Shown here piece after piece: positions 63,507 to 64,000 of a stretch of DNA of 64,000 nucleotides. The DNA lies in contig OZ242186.1 in NCBI GenBank assembly GCA_965205675.1, positions 1,376,001 to 1,440,000 on the forward strand, in the 5' to 3' direction. A program made the position numbers and the translations under genes. Every line of letters starts with the position of its first letter. The stretch's first letter is position 1. The stretch comes from Nitrosopumilus sp. Its GTDB lineage: Archaea; Thermoproteota; Nitrososphaeria; Nitrososphaerales; Nitrosopumilaceae. The notes below the pieces were generated by a model. That model ran no database searches. It worked only from the letters and a program-made list of their open reading frames with translations, and had not been told where the DNA came from.

Positions 63507-64000
63507 GTGTACGGAAACAAAGCTCTAGTCATAGGATTATTTTTATTTGTGGTATTATTTGCGTTTATTCCAACATCTCAAGCAGAATTATGGGATTTTA
63601 TTATTCAGTTAGATGTGAAAAAAAATACAATACATTCTGGAGAATCAATATGGATTACAGGCAAAATAGTAGACCATGCATACAAACCAGTCACAGATGC
63701 AAAAATACATGTACACGTAGGTACAGATACCCAAACGAGATTTACAAATCCCGATGGAGAATTTAGAGTAGAATTTAGCAAGTTTGAGAGAATGCCTGGA
63801 ACATACATTGCAAACGTAATTGCATCCAAAGACGGCATGATGGGAATAACAAACATCCAGTTTCAAGTAAAGGGCGATATGACAAATTCCGCATTACAGA
63901 ATAAACTATCAACAGAAGAAGCAAAAAAATATCTTAATGCAACTGCAAGTGACTTTGAAAAAGATCCAATAGGTCAAACATTGTACAAATACTATCAAAA
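63507..64000 (+). CDS. Secreted thaumarchaeal protein with carboxypeptidase-regulatory-like (Ig) domain, runs off the window
   Basis: GTG start, signal peptide, AELWD...ITGKIVDHAYKP...TNPDGEF. Confidence 0.65.
   Translation, partial: MYGNKALVIGLFLFVVLFAFIPTSQAELWDFIIQLDVKKNTIHSGESIWITGKIVDHAYKPVTDAKIHVHVGTDTQTRFTNPDGEFRVEFSKFERMPGTYIANVIASKDGMMGITNIQFQVKGDMTNSALQNKLSTEEAKKYLNATASDFEKDPIGQTLYKYYQ

Noticed and set aside
1-64000. tRNA/rRNA genes and the many short antisense ORFs in the track
   Set aside because: No cloverleaf or rRNA sequence was recognised; the antisense ORFs shadow longer motif-bearing genes.

Overview
This window is an AT-rich, IS-riddled archaeal accessory/defence island. 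Lineage-typical secreted proteins, BRE/TATA promoters and a conserved-looking gene at the right edge suggest Nitrosopumilaceae (Thaumarchaeota); this is an inference. Left to right it holds: (1) a tandem array of ~2.07-kb units, each with a highly foldable ~195-nt leader, two MGE-type genes (one DUF2958-like) and a variable cargo slot; (2) a 13-bp minisatellite, a Kiwa-like pair, secreted proteins, an 11-bp minisatellite and an AT-rich origin-like stretch; (3) an Eco57I-like N6-adenine MTase plus a PLD-SNF2 helicase; (4) a promoter-bearing cassette framed by 59-bp inverted repeats with a structured leader, next to a HAD phosphatase; (5) nested IS elements, including an IS66 composite transposon carrying a protease that has split an IS110; (6) HNH, Doc/Fic and AbrB genes; (7) a phosphorothioation locus (dndBCDEA plus pbeA-like helicase) converging on pbeBCD-like genes, with an extra nuclease-like DGQHR protein; (8) Fic, further IS debris and an inverted-repeat-framed hicBA. 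All family calls come from motif recognition by eye, not database searches. Several single-base frameshifts may be sequencing errors.
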